Assembly: GCA_964270895.1 (NCBI GenBank) | Contig: OZ185453.1 | Direction: 5' to 3' (one strand) | Length of the DNA stretch: 64,000 bases | Origin: Podarcis filfolensis | Lineage: Eukaryota | Shown: positions 48,687 through 61,142 of the stretch, piece after piece | Layout: the number at the start of each line of letters is the position of its first letter | Numbering within the stretch: position 1 is the first letter of the stretch | Notes under the pieces: model-generated | The model's database searches: none | What the model saw: only the letters and a program-made list of their open reading frames with translations | What the model was told of the DNA's origin: nothing | Made by a program: the position numbers and the translations under genes

Positions 48687-48997
48687 CATGGGTAGGCAAA
48701 CTAAGTCCTGGGGGCCGGATCCAGCCCAATCGCCTTTTAAATCCGGCCCACGGATGGTCTGGGAATCAGCATGTTTTTACATGAGTAGAATGTGTCCTTT
48801 TATTTAAAATGCATCTCTGGGTTATTTGTGGGGCCTGCCTGGTGTTTTTACATGAGTAGAATGTGTGCTTTTATTTAAAACGCATCTCTGAGTTATTTGT
48901 GGGGCATAGGAATTCGTTCATTATTTTTTTTTCAAAATATAGTCCGGCCCCCCACAAGGTCTGAGGGACAGTGGCTGAAAACGTTTGCTGATCCCTG
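48687..48997. mobile_element. hAT-type non-autonomous element with internal 71-bp-period duplication
   Basis: CATGGGTAGGCAAAC...GTTTGCTGATCCCTG ends. TGTTTTTACATGAGTAGAATGTG...TTATTTGTGGGG is repeated at 48772-48833 and 48843-48904. Confidence 0.7.
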
Positions 48998-49307
48998 CAA
49001 GTTTTGACACATCTGCTCTCCTCTTTTTAACCCTGTGATGTTCATACGAGTAGGTCTGGCTTGGTTGACTTTGGAGGTCGAAAATGAAAGCCCTGTGCTG
49101 TGTCTCGGGCTTCCATCTGATACTTATCATCATCATCAACACCATCATTATCATTTTCCTGTGCTAAGCCTCATTGTTGCTCTCTCCTGCATTGCAAATA
49201 CAGGCTTGTGGGTAACTCACTCAGTAACTGAGGTCTCCGTGACAAAGTGGGGGACTGTTACTAAAATGATCTCCTTGATGGCTGAAGGTATGTTGTTTCC
49301 ATTGCAG

Positions 49308-49517
49308 ATTGAGAAGCTGGATCCCCGGGGAGTTCAGCTGGCTGCTCTATTTATGAGTGGAGTGGACACAGCCCTCTTCGCCAACGATGCATGCGGGCAG
49401 CCTGTCCCTTGGGAACATTGCTGCCCATGGATCTACTTTGACGGGAAGCTTTTCCAGAGCAAGCTAATCAAAGCCACGTGGGAAAAGGCACCCCTGATAG
49501 ACCTGTGTGATGGACAG
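49308..49517 (+). CDS. FAM120C: FAM120C exon 12 (IEKLDPRGVQLAALFMSGVDTALFANDACGQPVPWEHCCPWIYFDGKLFQSKL)
   Basis: ttgcag acceptor, CAG|gtaagg donor, phases 0/0. Confidence 0.97.
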
Positions 49518-50228
49518 GTAAGGGTTATCACTACTAGAAGGAAGTGGCTGCTGAGCAGTTGATCCTGCTGCTGACTTCCTGAGTTGCTGCTTAGTTTTTG
49601 ATTCAGTACCACATCTAGTTGTTCCTGTGCATTCTACACATGCTCACCTCCTAGTTGTAGGTGAAACTAAGAGTGTTGTCAAAAGTTCTCTGGCTGCTGC
49701 TGTCTAATGCCTTTAGTTACTCTCCCCCCTCTCCTCTTCAACAGCTGAATGTGCTTTTTTGTGTATTGTTAAGCTGCAGGCACAAAGCTAATGAGAAACT
49801 GCCACTTTGCCTGGCCTGCTGCCATGACCAAGCCTCTGAGCAAACTGGTATCTGGCTTCAGTCCTATCTGGAGAACATACTTAATTGAATAGAATACACC
49901 ACAAGGCTCTCAATCTTGTTAGGCATTTTTACATCCTACTGATTACAGTGGGGGAGTCAAAGTGCTTAACTTCAACCGGATCACATTCTCTACCGCCTGT
50001 TCAGATAATTGTCAATTCATCACATAATATGTGCCCTTGGCACCCGTCTTCCCCAGATCATACCCAGGGCAAACTGCCCTAACTGGCCCTCCCTAGTTAC
50101 ACTACATGACCTTGATACAGTTCTACTGGAGGGATACGGTGGCGGGAAGTGTCTGGCACTTTTATAATACCATCAAACTCTGGTTCAGTTATTTTTTGGT
50201 CTCCCTCCTACTCCTCCTTGATCCACAG

Positions 50229-50430
50229 AATGAACAGGTGTCCAAGGTAGAGAAGATGAGGCAGAGCATCCTGGAAGGCATCAACTTCAACCGCCAGGCT
50301 CCGCCTCCCCTGCTCCCTCCTCCACCCTTTGTATCTTCCATGGCCCCATCCTTTTACCCTATGCCTCTCTACCCTCGCGCCATTGGTTCTGTTCAGCCTT
50401 CAGCCCCTGGGAGGACCAGAGGCTTCACAG
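50229..50430 (+). CDS. FAM120C: FAM120C exon 13 (KVEKMRQSILEGINFN...GRTRGFT)
   Basis: ccacag acceptor, G|gtaagt donor, phases 0/1. Confidence 0.95.
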
Positions 50431-50873
50431 GTAAGTTGCTGTGCTTCCAGTTGCCTCTGTTACGTGCTTGCTTCATATGATATATAGCCTGCTTCTCTCT
50501 AGCAAATAGTGAGCCAGCCACTGGGAGTTACATCATATCCTATTTGCCCTGACAGGAAGCTCTTGATCTAATTTGCACAAACTTCCTCCTGCAGGCTCCC
50601 CCCTCCCACTTTTTAATCTTTGAGGTAGGGGTGGGTTTCTTTTCTTTTTAGGCAAGCTGTTCCCCACCCGCAGTCTAAAGTAGTACAGTCCCAGAAACAG
50701 TTTTGCTTCCTCGCTTGCCCTCTGTCTGTGCAGTGATCTCTGTTGAGTTTGCAGTAGGGCCATTTCTTTCCAACTCTCATGCTTTGACCTTGAGCTGTCA
50801 GTGCAGGTGATCAAATTAGGGGGCAAACCAGCCTACTCTGCTTAGTTGCTTACTGATTCTTCCCTTTTCCTAG

Positions 50874-51012
50874 GTCTTCACCCTATCCCACCGCAAGGAG
50901 GCAAATTGGAGATTGCTGGCATGGTGGTGGGCCAGTGGGCTGGAAGCAAGCCGTCCCGTGGGCAGGGTTCCTTCGGCATGCAAGTGGTATCCGTTGGAGG
51001 CCCAGGGAAAGG
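50874..51012 (+). CDS. FAM120C: FAM120C exon 14 (LHPIPPQGGKLEIAGMVVGQWAGS...GMQVVSVGGPGK)
   Basis: tcctag acceptor, GG|gtaggt donor, phases 1/2. Not in the ORF track in this frame. Confidence 0.96.
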
Positions 51013-51483
51013 GTAGGTGCCACTAGACGAGTCACCTTGGCTTCGTATAGCCTTGGTTGTCAGGAAAGGGTGTTGTTTCCCTTTGTCCCCTGCAGTTTTT
51101 TGAGATTTGGGGTTCCTAGTGAGGAGTGGGGAGCCTGGCCGCTGGATTCTGCACCGTTCTGAGGAAAGGGAAGACAAGTCTCAACAGTTTTGGAGAAGAA
51201 CGAGAAGACCAGTAAATCGGGATTGAGTGGGGAGAATCCAGAGCAAGTTGAAAGATCTTAAAATTAATTAAAGATTAAAGCCGAATGAATCTGCCTTTTT
51301 AACGAATTAATTGTTTCATCAATTAGATTTTAACAGATACCTTTTGTGATAAAAGGATATATAACCAATTTGAGATTTAGGATACTGTACTAAGCTAACC
51401 AATTTAATAACTTACTCCTTTGGATGGGGAACATTATAAAATGACTCATTTCCATTCATTAAAACCTTTCTTTTCTGTTGCAG

Positions 51484-51541
51484 CCGTGGTCGTGATAACT
51501 CTGGAAAAATCTCCAAAGGAAACAAGAAAGTGAGCAAGCAA
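51484..51541 (+). CDS. FAM120C: FAM120C exon 15 (RGRDNSGKISKGNKKVSKQ)
   Basis: ttgcag acceptor, CAA|gtatgt donor (in-frame alternative AAA|gtgagc at 51529), phases 2/0. Same length as the basic human segment as recalled. Confidence 0.85.
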
Positions 51542-52192
51542 GTATGTGTCCCTGCCTTCCCTGTTGTTCCCTGTGCAGTGTCCAAACCCTCTTTTATGTC
51601 ACTGGTGAATCCTCTTTTCCCTGTTCTTCTAAAAGTATCTGCCAACTTGCTGCCAAGGGATACCACTTGCTGCAATGGCCCACACTCTGGGTACTCTTCG
51701 TGTCAGCAGCTATGAGGCACACTTTGGAAGAAATAAAAATGGATGCTGCAAAATAGGGCTCTTGGAGGTCTATCCCCACCTTGGGAGAACCAAGATCCTC
51801 CTTTCTTTGGCCTGCTTATTTTCAGCTCCTTTTCCTTCTAGGGGTGGCTGAGTTTTCCATCCATAAAATGAGGGTGATGTTTTAGCCCATCGCCAGCAAA
51901 AGAAGCCTTTCAGTATAAAGAATACCAGGTTGAAATTCACCTGTCTATTGAATGGCTCCTAGGTGGAAAAGAGCTACCTGGATATGAGAAATAAGAGAAC
52001 TGTTTCTCTCCTTGGACTTCACGTCTTGCAGCTTTTGGGGGGTGACATTAATTTATTATGTTTGATTCTGTTATGGAATTTCCCCCCTATGTTTAGTTCA
52101 AGGTATTCCGTTCCACTTTTGCTTTCTTTTATTTGGCACCTGTTATTATATGTCATATTATATTTATTATGTTATTGTATTTCATATTATAT

Positions 52193-52772
52193 TGCAAGTA
52201 GATAAATAGGTGAGGGACGCGGGTGGCGCTGTGGGTAAAACCTCAGCGCCTAGGACTTGCCGATCACATGGTCGGCGGTTCGAATCCCTGCGGCGGGGTG
52301 CGCTCCCGTCGTTCGGTCCCAGCGCCTGCCAACCTAGCAGTTCGAAAGCACCTCCGGGTGCAAGTAGATAAATAGGTACCGCCTCATAGCGGGAAGGTAA
52401 ACGGCATTCCGTGTGCTGCGCTGGCTCGCCAGACGCAGCTTGTCACGCTGGCCACGTGACCCGGAAGTGTCTGCAGACAGCGCTGGCTCCCGGCCTATAG
52501 AGTGAGATGAGCGCACAACCCTAGAGTCGGTCACGACTGGCCCGTACGGGCAGGGGTACCTTTACCTTTACCTAGATAAATAGGTACCACTCCAGCGGGA
52601 AGGTAAATGGCGTTTCCGTGCGCTGCTCTGGTTCTCCAGAAGCGGCTTAGTCATGCTGGCCACATGACCCAGAAGCTGTACGCCGGCTCCCTCGGCCAGT
52701 AAAGCGAGATGAGCGCCGCAACCCCAGAGTCGGCCATGACTGGACCTAACAGTCAGGGGTCCCTTTACCTTT
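52193..52772 (+). mobile_element. 5'-truncated Sauria SINE (host) split by a second SINE
   Basis: GCAAGTAGATAAATAGGT (52193-52211) resumes as AGATAAATAGGTACCACTCC... at 52574 and runs to an ACCTTT tail at 52772. Confidence 0.88.
52212..52572 (+). mobile_element. Full-length Sauria SINE of a different subfamily, nested insertion
   Basis: GGGACGCGGG head at 52214. Diagnostic CCCGTACGGGCAGGGGTACC 3' region. TAGATAAATAGGT is duplicated at 52199-52211 and 52573-52585. Confidence 0.92.
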
Positions 52773-53080
52773 AGCTTCATTATCTTGCATCTTTTGGGAT
52801 GGAAAAAACTCCTCACGATTTGGCAGTGTGATGCAGGTGGACGAGTGGCTCTGAGGTTAAAAGAGTTCACCTCGTGGACTGGTTTGGAAAACAGTATGGA
52901 CTCTGTTTGTCATGCTGCATGCAAGGCAAAGGATTTTGATAGAAGCAGCCTTCTGTCCCCATCTCAGAAGTGTTTGCATCTTTAGGTTGGATCTCTCTAG
53001 TCAATATCCCAGGACCTGGGTGTTCTACTTACTTTTTCCAACTCCAACCCCCGCTAAAGGCCTCCTCTTGTACTTGCCAG

Positions 53081-53380
53081 GGCTCTGCAGAAGGAACTGC
53101 CAAGACACCAGAGTTCAACAACAACAACAATGGTGGAAACAGCAGTAGCAACAGCAGCAGCCGTCCTCAGTCCCAGGTGAACGGGAACGGGGGCACCACG
53201 CCCACAGTGGGCGAGGACCCAGGGGCTGGAGCCTGCCCCTCAGCCACATCACCTTGTGCCTTAGCCAGAGACGCTGACTCGTGCAATAACAACAGCCCGT
53301 TCTTCGGGACGCTGAGCGGGGATCCTGAACGGTGCCCGGAAAACAAGCTTTCCTTCCCAGCTCTGCAGAAAGAGGAGTGA
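53081..53380 (+). CDS. FAM120C: FAM120C exon 16, last coding exon (...RPQSQVNGNG...CALARDADSCNN...LQKEE*)
   Basis: ttgccag acceptor, phase 0, TGA at 53378-53380. The summed CDS is 3312 nt with no frameshift. Confidence 0.95.
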   Translation, partial: GSAEGTAKTPEFNNNNNGGNSSSNSSSRPQSQVNGNGGTTPTVGEDPGAGACPSATSPCALARDADSCNNNSPFFGTLSGDPERCPENKLSFPALQKEE

Positions 53381-55007
53381 ATGGAAGCCGCCGTGGGTCC
53401 GATTGGCTGACAGTGGGGTGGTGGAGAGAAGTGTCATGGCGTTGCAAACTAGTGGGGCTGGGGGAGGGGGGGAGGATACACCACTTCTGCAAATCCCCAC
53501 AATGGAAACATTTGAGCTGGTGAGAATGGTTAAGTGGTGGGGAGGTCCGGGAGCAGAGCTTTCTTGACAACTTGCATTTGGAGGGTTTGTGTCCTGGGTG
53601 CTTCTTCTTCCCTGTGAGTAGCAGATGCAGCCCTGGAGGGGGGTGGAGTGACATGGGATGGCTTGGGGCTCGTGTCCCACCTTGGGTGACCACATCGGCA
53701 CTTTTTGCTCTCTGCCCCTTGAATTTGCCATTGTGCCAATCGGATCCCAAAGGGCGGCACTTTTTTTTTCCTTTTAAATTTTTTATTTGAATTTGTTTTG
53801 ATTTTTTTTTAATTTTATAGGGGGGGAGTTGTTTTTAGGGTGCAAGATTTATGGTAATTCTGGATTTGGGGAATGGGATATTTTTTAAAGGAGAAAAAGC
53901 CGGCAAGGTTTTATTTTAAAAAGGGGCAGATTTTTCCTGCCTGCCTTGTTAATTTCATGCCAGCTCCCCCACCAGCAGGCCAAACAGCAGTGTTGCTTGG
54001 GCGGGGGGGATGGAGGCAAACAGCATGGAGCGAAGTTTTTTTGGGGGGGGTGTAGGAAAAGACAATGATTTTTAAAAGAGAGAGAGAGAGAGCAGCACAG
54101 CTACTGCACCTTATACTCCCAAGTGTGTATAGCAGTCGGCTTGTGCTTTTTATTATATATAAGAGAGAGAAAAAGAGAGATTATATTTATATATAACGTT
54201 AATAGAGCTATATATAAATATGAACGTGGCAAGCCCGGAAAGGGTGAAAACGTTCCCGGGAGACAACTTGCGTTCCGAAATGCGCTATGCGTTCTTTGTG
54301 AATTAAAGGACCTGCGTCCCCAGCGGCCAGCAGTTGGCCCTGCTAACAGGGCTGCTGGGGCGGATGAACCAGGCCTCCTGATATCAGACAGAAAACTTCT
54401 TATCCTTCAAGCGGACGAGCACTTACTGTTACAATTCCAGGACTGTGAGCAAATGAATAGGGCTGGGGCTGTAAAGGGGTTTGGGGCTAAGGGTGGATTG
54501 GCCCCCTGTTGCCATGGGGCGGGTGGTGGGGAGGCTGGAAGTCAAAAGAATCAAACCGACCCAGAGCCTTGGGGGGCAAGAGAGGGAGGGGTAACCCAGG
54601 AGAACATACAGCAGTTCAAGTGATATACTGTTCTATAGGCTGAGTTGTGTGCACCCTGCAGCTTCAGCAAACAATCTCGAAATCAGTGCAGGGCTTGGTG
54701 TTCTCAAATCACAGCTTTTGGTTTCAAAGCAACAACTATCTTTTTTTAAAACGAAACAAAAATCCACTGATATTTAATAGGGAAATGTTTTCAAAGGGTT
54801 TCTTAGAAGAGCTAGTCAGGGTTTTCAGTGCGTTTGTGAGATGGCTGGGGAGGTTTTAGGGCCTTGCACAACTGCCACTGCTTTTCTTGTTGCTGGTATC
54901 TCCCCCCCACTCCCCATCTCTCACCGTTCGTTTCTGCCCCTTTCATTCCATCCATGTCCAATGCCGTCTTACAGTTCTCTTGGAAAAAAGTTTTTAGAAG
55001 CTGAATA

Positions 55008-55212
55008 CAGTGGTACCTCAGGTTACAAACACTTCAGGTTACAATCTCCGCTAACCCAGAAGCAGTACCTCGGGTTGAGAACTTTGCCCCAGGATGAGAA
55101 TGGCAGTGGGAGGCCCCATTAGCGAAAGAACTCCTCAGGTTAAGAACGGTTTTTGGTTAAGAACGGACCTCCGGAACGAATGAAGTTTGTAACCCGAGGC
55201 GAGGTACCACTG
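55008..55212. mobile_element. Tc1/mariner (pogo/Tigger-like) MITE, TA TSD
   Basis: TA|CAGTGGTACCTCAGGTTACAAAC ... TTGTAACCCGAGGCGAGGTACCACTG|TA. Confidence 0.88.
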
Positions 55213-56794
55213 TAACTGCAAAAATAAGCCAGTTCTCACACACACATATGGCACAAGAGAGACTGTGTACTGAAACTGTCTGGGTTGTTGTTTTTAGTGC
55301 AGAGTACACACAGTTTTGCTTATATAGAATGGATAAAATGGGTGGTTTTAAAGTGAAGCATCATATAACTGAGGTGGGAGTTTGGGTGAGCAGGATTAAA
55401 GTTCTGTTGAAAAGAGAACTCTAACCAATTTTCCAGCTGCATACGTCCATGCAGTCTGATTTCTGACATCTTCCATGGCATGTGCCTCAATTACTAGATT
55501 GTGAGAGTGTCAGAATGACCACTCCAACCTGAAATGTGTGTTGATTTTTATTTCTGCCTTCTGCTATCTATCAATCAATCAATCCATTCTCCAGTAGGCT
55601 GAATCCCCCACCTGTGATTCTACCATAAGAGGAACAGATGAAAAACAGTTGGCCAGAAAAAAAAATGTCCTGGTGGCTATTTCTGCCTCCTTGACCACGA
55701 ACAGTATAGGCAAAAGAAAGTACTTCCTAACGATGCATAACGAGCGTATGAAATTAACTGCCACAAGGGTATGGTGATGGTCGCTGCTGTAGATCCTTTT
55801 GACAAGGGCTTTCGACAAATCCATGGGCAGAAGTTTATTTATTATTTATTTATTAAATTTGCATCCTGCCCTTCCTTCCCAAGGAGTATGGGATGTCGGT
55901 TCTGTAAATGTCTACTAACCTTGATAGCTGGATGGAGTTCAGGGATGGAATACATTTGAATTTCAGTTGCTTGGAAGCAACAACAAGAGTCTTTGGGAAA
56001 AGGTGGGAGGGGAATCTGCCCTGTCACCCACTCAGGAATCTCTTTCTGAACGTAAAAGGGCAGTTAAAATGTGCCTAAGGCCTACGGTGTGGTGTTCATA
56101 CTGTGTGTTGGGATCTTCCAAGGGGCTGAAAGATTCCTCTAGGAATGGGGTGTGCTGGACCTCTAGGGTGGGGTGTGACCTACAGCTGCTAGAAAAAGTC
56201 ACCTCCTCTCTGTATCAGAAACTCTAGTGAGAACTCTGTAGCCAACAGTTGGGAGAAGGCAATGCTCTATTTAGGTTGACATCTAGAGCAAGAGGATGGG
56301 CAAGAGGATGGCCTGTATAGCTGGGGAACCAGGCAGGATTTTAGGAAGCGAGGAAGGGTTTCCAGAGGTTGGAGGGGCACTGATTTAAAGTGCAGGTAGG
56401 TAATTTGAATCGTAAGCTCTTAAAGGCAGCTTGATTCTCACCCACCTAACCTGCACCCCAGTGGGGACCCTTTCCTATCTTGTTGTTCAAAGCAGCTGAA
56501 AACCAAACTCCCCAAGTATTAGAAATTCCTGTTTGTTCAAATGTATTGAAAATGGAAACGTTTTCTTTTGCTGAAAATATAACAGGCAGTTCTGTTCTGA
56601 ATAGCAGGGTGGGTAGGAATCCAGAAAGAAGAACATTTTGCCAGATTTATATGTTACAAAGTATCCAAGCAGAAGCACATTTTAGGGGGCTCTGCAATAC
56701 TGTATACATAAATCACCAAAGCCTACCTGCCCCCAAAGGCTTCTGATTCTCTATTGTTAGGGTTAGATGTTTCCAAAGCTGGGTGAAGCCTGTG

Positions 56795-57020
56795 ATCAAA
56801 AAGAGGAATTTACAAAGCCCTTGCTGGATCAGACCCAAAGCCTATCTAGTCCAGCAACCTGTTTGCCCCAGTGGGAGCCCCACAGGCAAGACCCTCTCCA
56901 ATCGTGGTCTCCATTCTGCCTCTGATACTAGTGGAGGCAAGCTAGCAATCATGACTAGTAGCCATTGATAGCTTTATGGCCCATGCTTTTCTCCAATCCC
57001 CTTTTCATTGGGGCTTTAAG
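56795..57020 (-). mobile_element. CR1-type LINE 3' fragment
   Basis: GCTGGATCAGACC...ATCTAGTCCAGCA...TGCCTCTGA...TAGTAGCCATTGATAGC pattern typical of squamate CR1 ends. Confidence 0.55.
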
Positions 57021-60000
57021 CCTGTAATCCTGTACCCCCCCCCCCTTGCACAGAGTACATTTCATTGAATTCAGTGGGACTTGCTTCTGAATAGACAGGT
57101 GTCAGATTGCTCTGTCTGAGCCTTAATTGTTGGGGTCTTGTGAGGATTCCAGTAAAGCTCAGTTTTCTAAAACAGGTGTCTAGCCTTTGTGATGGAGGTG
57201 CAACGCACCAGACATTTCTGAGAATGGAAGAGCTAGCTGAGTCAAACCAGAATTTTGGTACTCTTGTTTCCAGTGGCAACTAGCTAGATGTTCACAGGAG
57301 GGCATAATGGGAATGTCTGTTTCCTGTTGTTTGTCCATCAAACATTTATTTGGAAGGGGTGTGTGGGATGGGAAGGGTGCAGGAGAGGTTTTTTGGCACA
57401 GTTGACCTTCTTTTCTTACCCATGTGTTTCTAAGCCTTTTCCCAGTCCATTTGCAGTCTTTAATTGGGAGTCATCAAACTTCAGGACTGTGGAATCTACT
57501 TGGGTTTTTTGTTGTTGAATCAAGATCTAGGACCCTAGTGCAAAATACATGCTTTTCAGAATTACATATCCCAGACTTGATTTAGAGTACAGGAAGTGAA
57601 TGGAGCCATTCACTCTTGGTAATCTCACATACTTCCTTCATTTTAGTAGTTAGACAGACTTGTTTTGCTGTTGCTATTGTTAAACACATGTGAGTCAGAA
57701 ATCCTTGTTCTACTGTGATCTCCGAATAGGTCTCAATCTGTTACATATATTTAATTGAAATTTGTCCAGTGTTCATTCAAGTCCCTTGCAGAATTTGGCT
57801 TGTCGCTACTGGAATCTTGATAGACTCTTGAAATTCAGAAATGCAGTAGGTATATACTACAGTAAATGTATTGTTTAACCTCAGCATTGCAGGCTTCCAG
57901 AACCTGACTCTTCCATACATACATTCTTTTGTTTATATATTTGCATATCAAATCTGAGTGTTAAATCCCCATTTTTTCTGTAAAGTGGTAACAGGATGAA
58001 CCAACTCACACTAAGAACAGTATTTTCAGCTAATAATTTTCAGGAAAGATCTTTCCCAGCTCCTAGAAATGATTTTACTAGAAAGGGTGTATGATCTGGG
58101 ATTACAGTATATATAGGAAGCAAAAAGGCATTGTCTCTGAACTATGAATCTCACCATTAAATCTTCCTAATTAAGCATTAAATGTTCTAATTAAGCAATA
58201 GAAAGAACCCAGTGTAGATTTTGAAAAATTGCAGCTGTAGACAGGGGTGTATTCCTTTTTGAATCGTCTTCAGTCCTATTCTCATTGGTATGCTATGACT
58301 GTAAAGTAAGACAGAACTTAAAATTGCATATCGAGGGTTTTAGAATTACGGTTTTCAGAAAAGGCCCTTGCTTCAGCCTCAAGTGGATTAAACCAACAGT
58401 CTTGGGAAGCTGGTGGAGAACAAGGAAGTGTTTTAAGTTTTAATTGTGCCCTGTCGCTGAACGTCCTCTGATCTGGGTTTGGCTTGATGATAACAGAAAA
58501 ACACTTTATTCCCAGGTGTAAAGAGTAAATGTAAATCTTCCTTACACGATAATACTTCCTGTCACAAATGAGACACTGTTCAACCTCTTCAGTTGGGCAT
58601 GCAGTTGTCATATGAAGTTTGAGGAGTGGGATTGCAACTTTAAATGGTGAATTTGAGAGGAAGGATTTAACACTCTCTTTCTCTCTTGGGGGTGTTTCAG
58701 TTGCTTTTAGCTTTGACAGTATTTGCTGGGAAGGAAGACAACTTCCTCTCCTGACCAATGGCACACATTTCCAAGCAACTTAACCATTGCCAGTTCTGAG
58801 GTCTTGCCCCAGAACTAGAAAGACGCCTGCCTGCTTGAGCCATGCCTGCAGTCGCACAGGCCTTTGAGCATGCAGCTATATTGCTTTGATATCATGTAGC
58901 CCAGGGGAGCAGCTGGATCTGTGTCACAGGCTTCTGTGACGCATTTCCTTATATACCATATTTCCACTGCTTGAAACCTTTGCAACTGGAGCAGATTGGC
59001 TCCCCTTTTTTAACCTCTTAGCAATGCCACCAGGCAAGCTATTGATTAGGTGGCGGGATTGATTTGACTTGTCTCTCTGTCTGTCTGTCTGTGCAGACTG
59101 TAGGCATTAGTGACTATTGGGTGCAAATTAGCCCTCTTACACTGTGGTCCCATCTGTACTACACATCTGAAACAGTACCATAGCACTTTAAGCAGGGTGG
59201 TGTAACAATTCCTCTTGCCAGGAAACACTGGGAATTGTAGCTGTGATGTGAATTGGGGTCTCCTAACAGCCCTTGGCACCCTAACAAATCATTTGAGGGA
59301 AGCCAGGCTTTAAATGTATGGTGCAAATGGAGCCAAAAATTGGAAAGTTTTGGGAAGCCCTTATCCCAAACATTTATATATTCCGTGATTCTGTGGGAGT
59401 ACAGAATGTGATACTGGGTACAGAATTCAGCATCTTGAGAAGCCCAGTCTTTAAAAACAAAACTTTCTCATTGTTATGGATACTAAAATAAACCTCGGAA
59501 GTTTGTGGGTAGCAGGAGTGGCTGGATAAGTTTTTCATTTTAAGGGTAGGGCTTCTCCCCTATGTAGTGACCCTTAGAACCAGGCTAAATTTGGCAAAAC
59601 ATTTTTTTCAAAAATGAATAAATTATGCAGAATAAGACTGAAAATGTGTGTTACTTGCATAATTTATACAGGTAGAAGAATTCGGTATCTGAAGATTTTA
59701 GATTTTATCTTGTTTTAACTGTGGGAAGTACACTTCAGCTTGGTCTCTTCTTTGCAAGCTAGGCAAAATAAAGTTTGAAGTCACTCCACTCTAGATTCAC
59801 TTGACAAAAATCCTAGATAAGTTTTCCTTTAAATTCAAAAACGGATGTGGTATTGTTCGGAATTGCTCACTGCTTGCTCAGCCAAAAAGGTAGCAGGCAA
59901 CATGCATCTTTAAAATATCTCTTGTGAGAATTGTGGATACTTCCAGGTGTGAAGGGGATCATTAATCTTGAGGAATTTAATTTGAAGCTCAGTGTTGCAT

Positions 60001-61142
60001 GAAAGCCAAAGAGGTAGATGAAAATTCCTAGGTTTGTTTCTCTTGCATAATAAATCCAAATGACAAAACACACTTCATGCATATCTATGGACTTAGTTTA
60101 ATTGCAGTTGGATAATGCTACCATTCCCACTAGTGTTACTGAATGTAAAAGAGCATCTCTGATGTGATGGACATCATGTTATGATGCAAGAGTCAAGCTA
60201 ACCTGACCTATCTTTTATAAACCTAATGAGAAGCAATAACCGGATGATTGCCCTCAGAGGTCTGGTTCCCCATCATTTAGAATGTACTGCAGCTAAGCAA
60301 ATACCTTTTCCCCCCAAGCCGTACCAGACTGGTTTGGCTCCAGCATGCGGAATTGGAGCTGGTCATGTACAGACTGGAGACTGCAATTTGTGTGATACAA
60401 GAATTCAGGCATCACCACACCTAAGCGCAAATGATCTATGGAGGCACTGAGATAAGTCTGCTGTGGTTGAGCTGGAAGATTCTAAAACTTGCAGTCCTGT
60501 AGAAGTTAGCCTTGCTTCTGGGGAAAGTGGAGAAGCCTTCGTTCCTTGGTGTTGATAGCACTCGTAGATCAGAAGTGTAGTTCAGCTATGACTGTTGGGC
60601 AAAGGTGGCTCTGCTTTGGTTGGAATGAGATGAGCCAAAGTCCTTTGAGAAAATGATACTTGACTATTGAAAGAGGGCTCTTTCTAACTCTTAAAGCAGC
60701 TTTATGTTGTCATATTTAACCTTGCGGCGAAACAGTGCTGGTTCCCCATTTCTTGCAGCTTTTGAATCTGAAGCTAATATCGGAGGTGCCTATAGAGCCA
60801 GGAACCAGGAGTCTCTGCAAATGCGCCTAGCCATAACTAGATGGCCCCATAGCTATTTTTATAACAAAAAAAATTGCTTATTTAAAAATAATAATAATGA
60901 AGCCCTGATTTGTAAACTTCAATTTTTTTTTAACTGCAGATTTCAAAATTCAGATCCTTTTGTGAGACCAGAAAGCTACAGTCCTTGAATGTAGATATAA
61001 TAACTCTGAATATACTTCTCTTGATCCTAAGACGCACAAAAGGGGAGGTCAGTACGTGGCCTTGCGATGGATGGATCAGTCTGTTTCATGTGTCTTCATT
61101 CATAAATCCATTCCATTCAGTTTCTGCATTACTCTGGATTTA

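Noticed and set aside
52214-52300. tRNA-like A/B boxes (also at 1140-1220, 26030-26110, 33253-33320, 37731-37810)
   Set aside because: SINE heads. No complete cloverleaf, and they continue into SINE bodies.
53115-53750. 211-aa minus-strand ORF over the last exon and UTR
   Set aside because: Antisense shadow of GC-rich and triplet-repeat sequence, ending in poly-Cys from (AAC/AGC)n. No splice or homology support.
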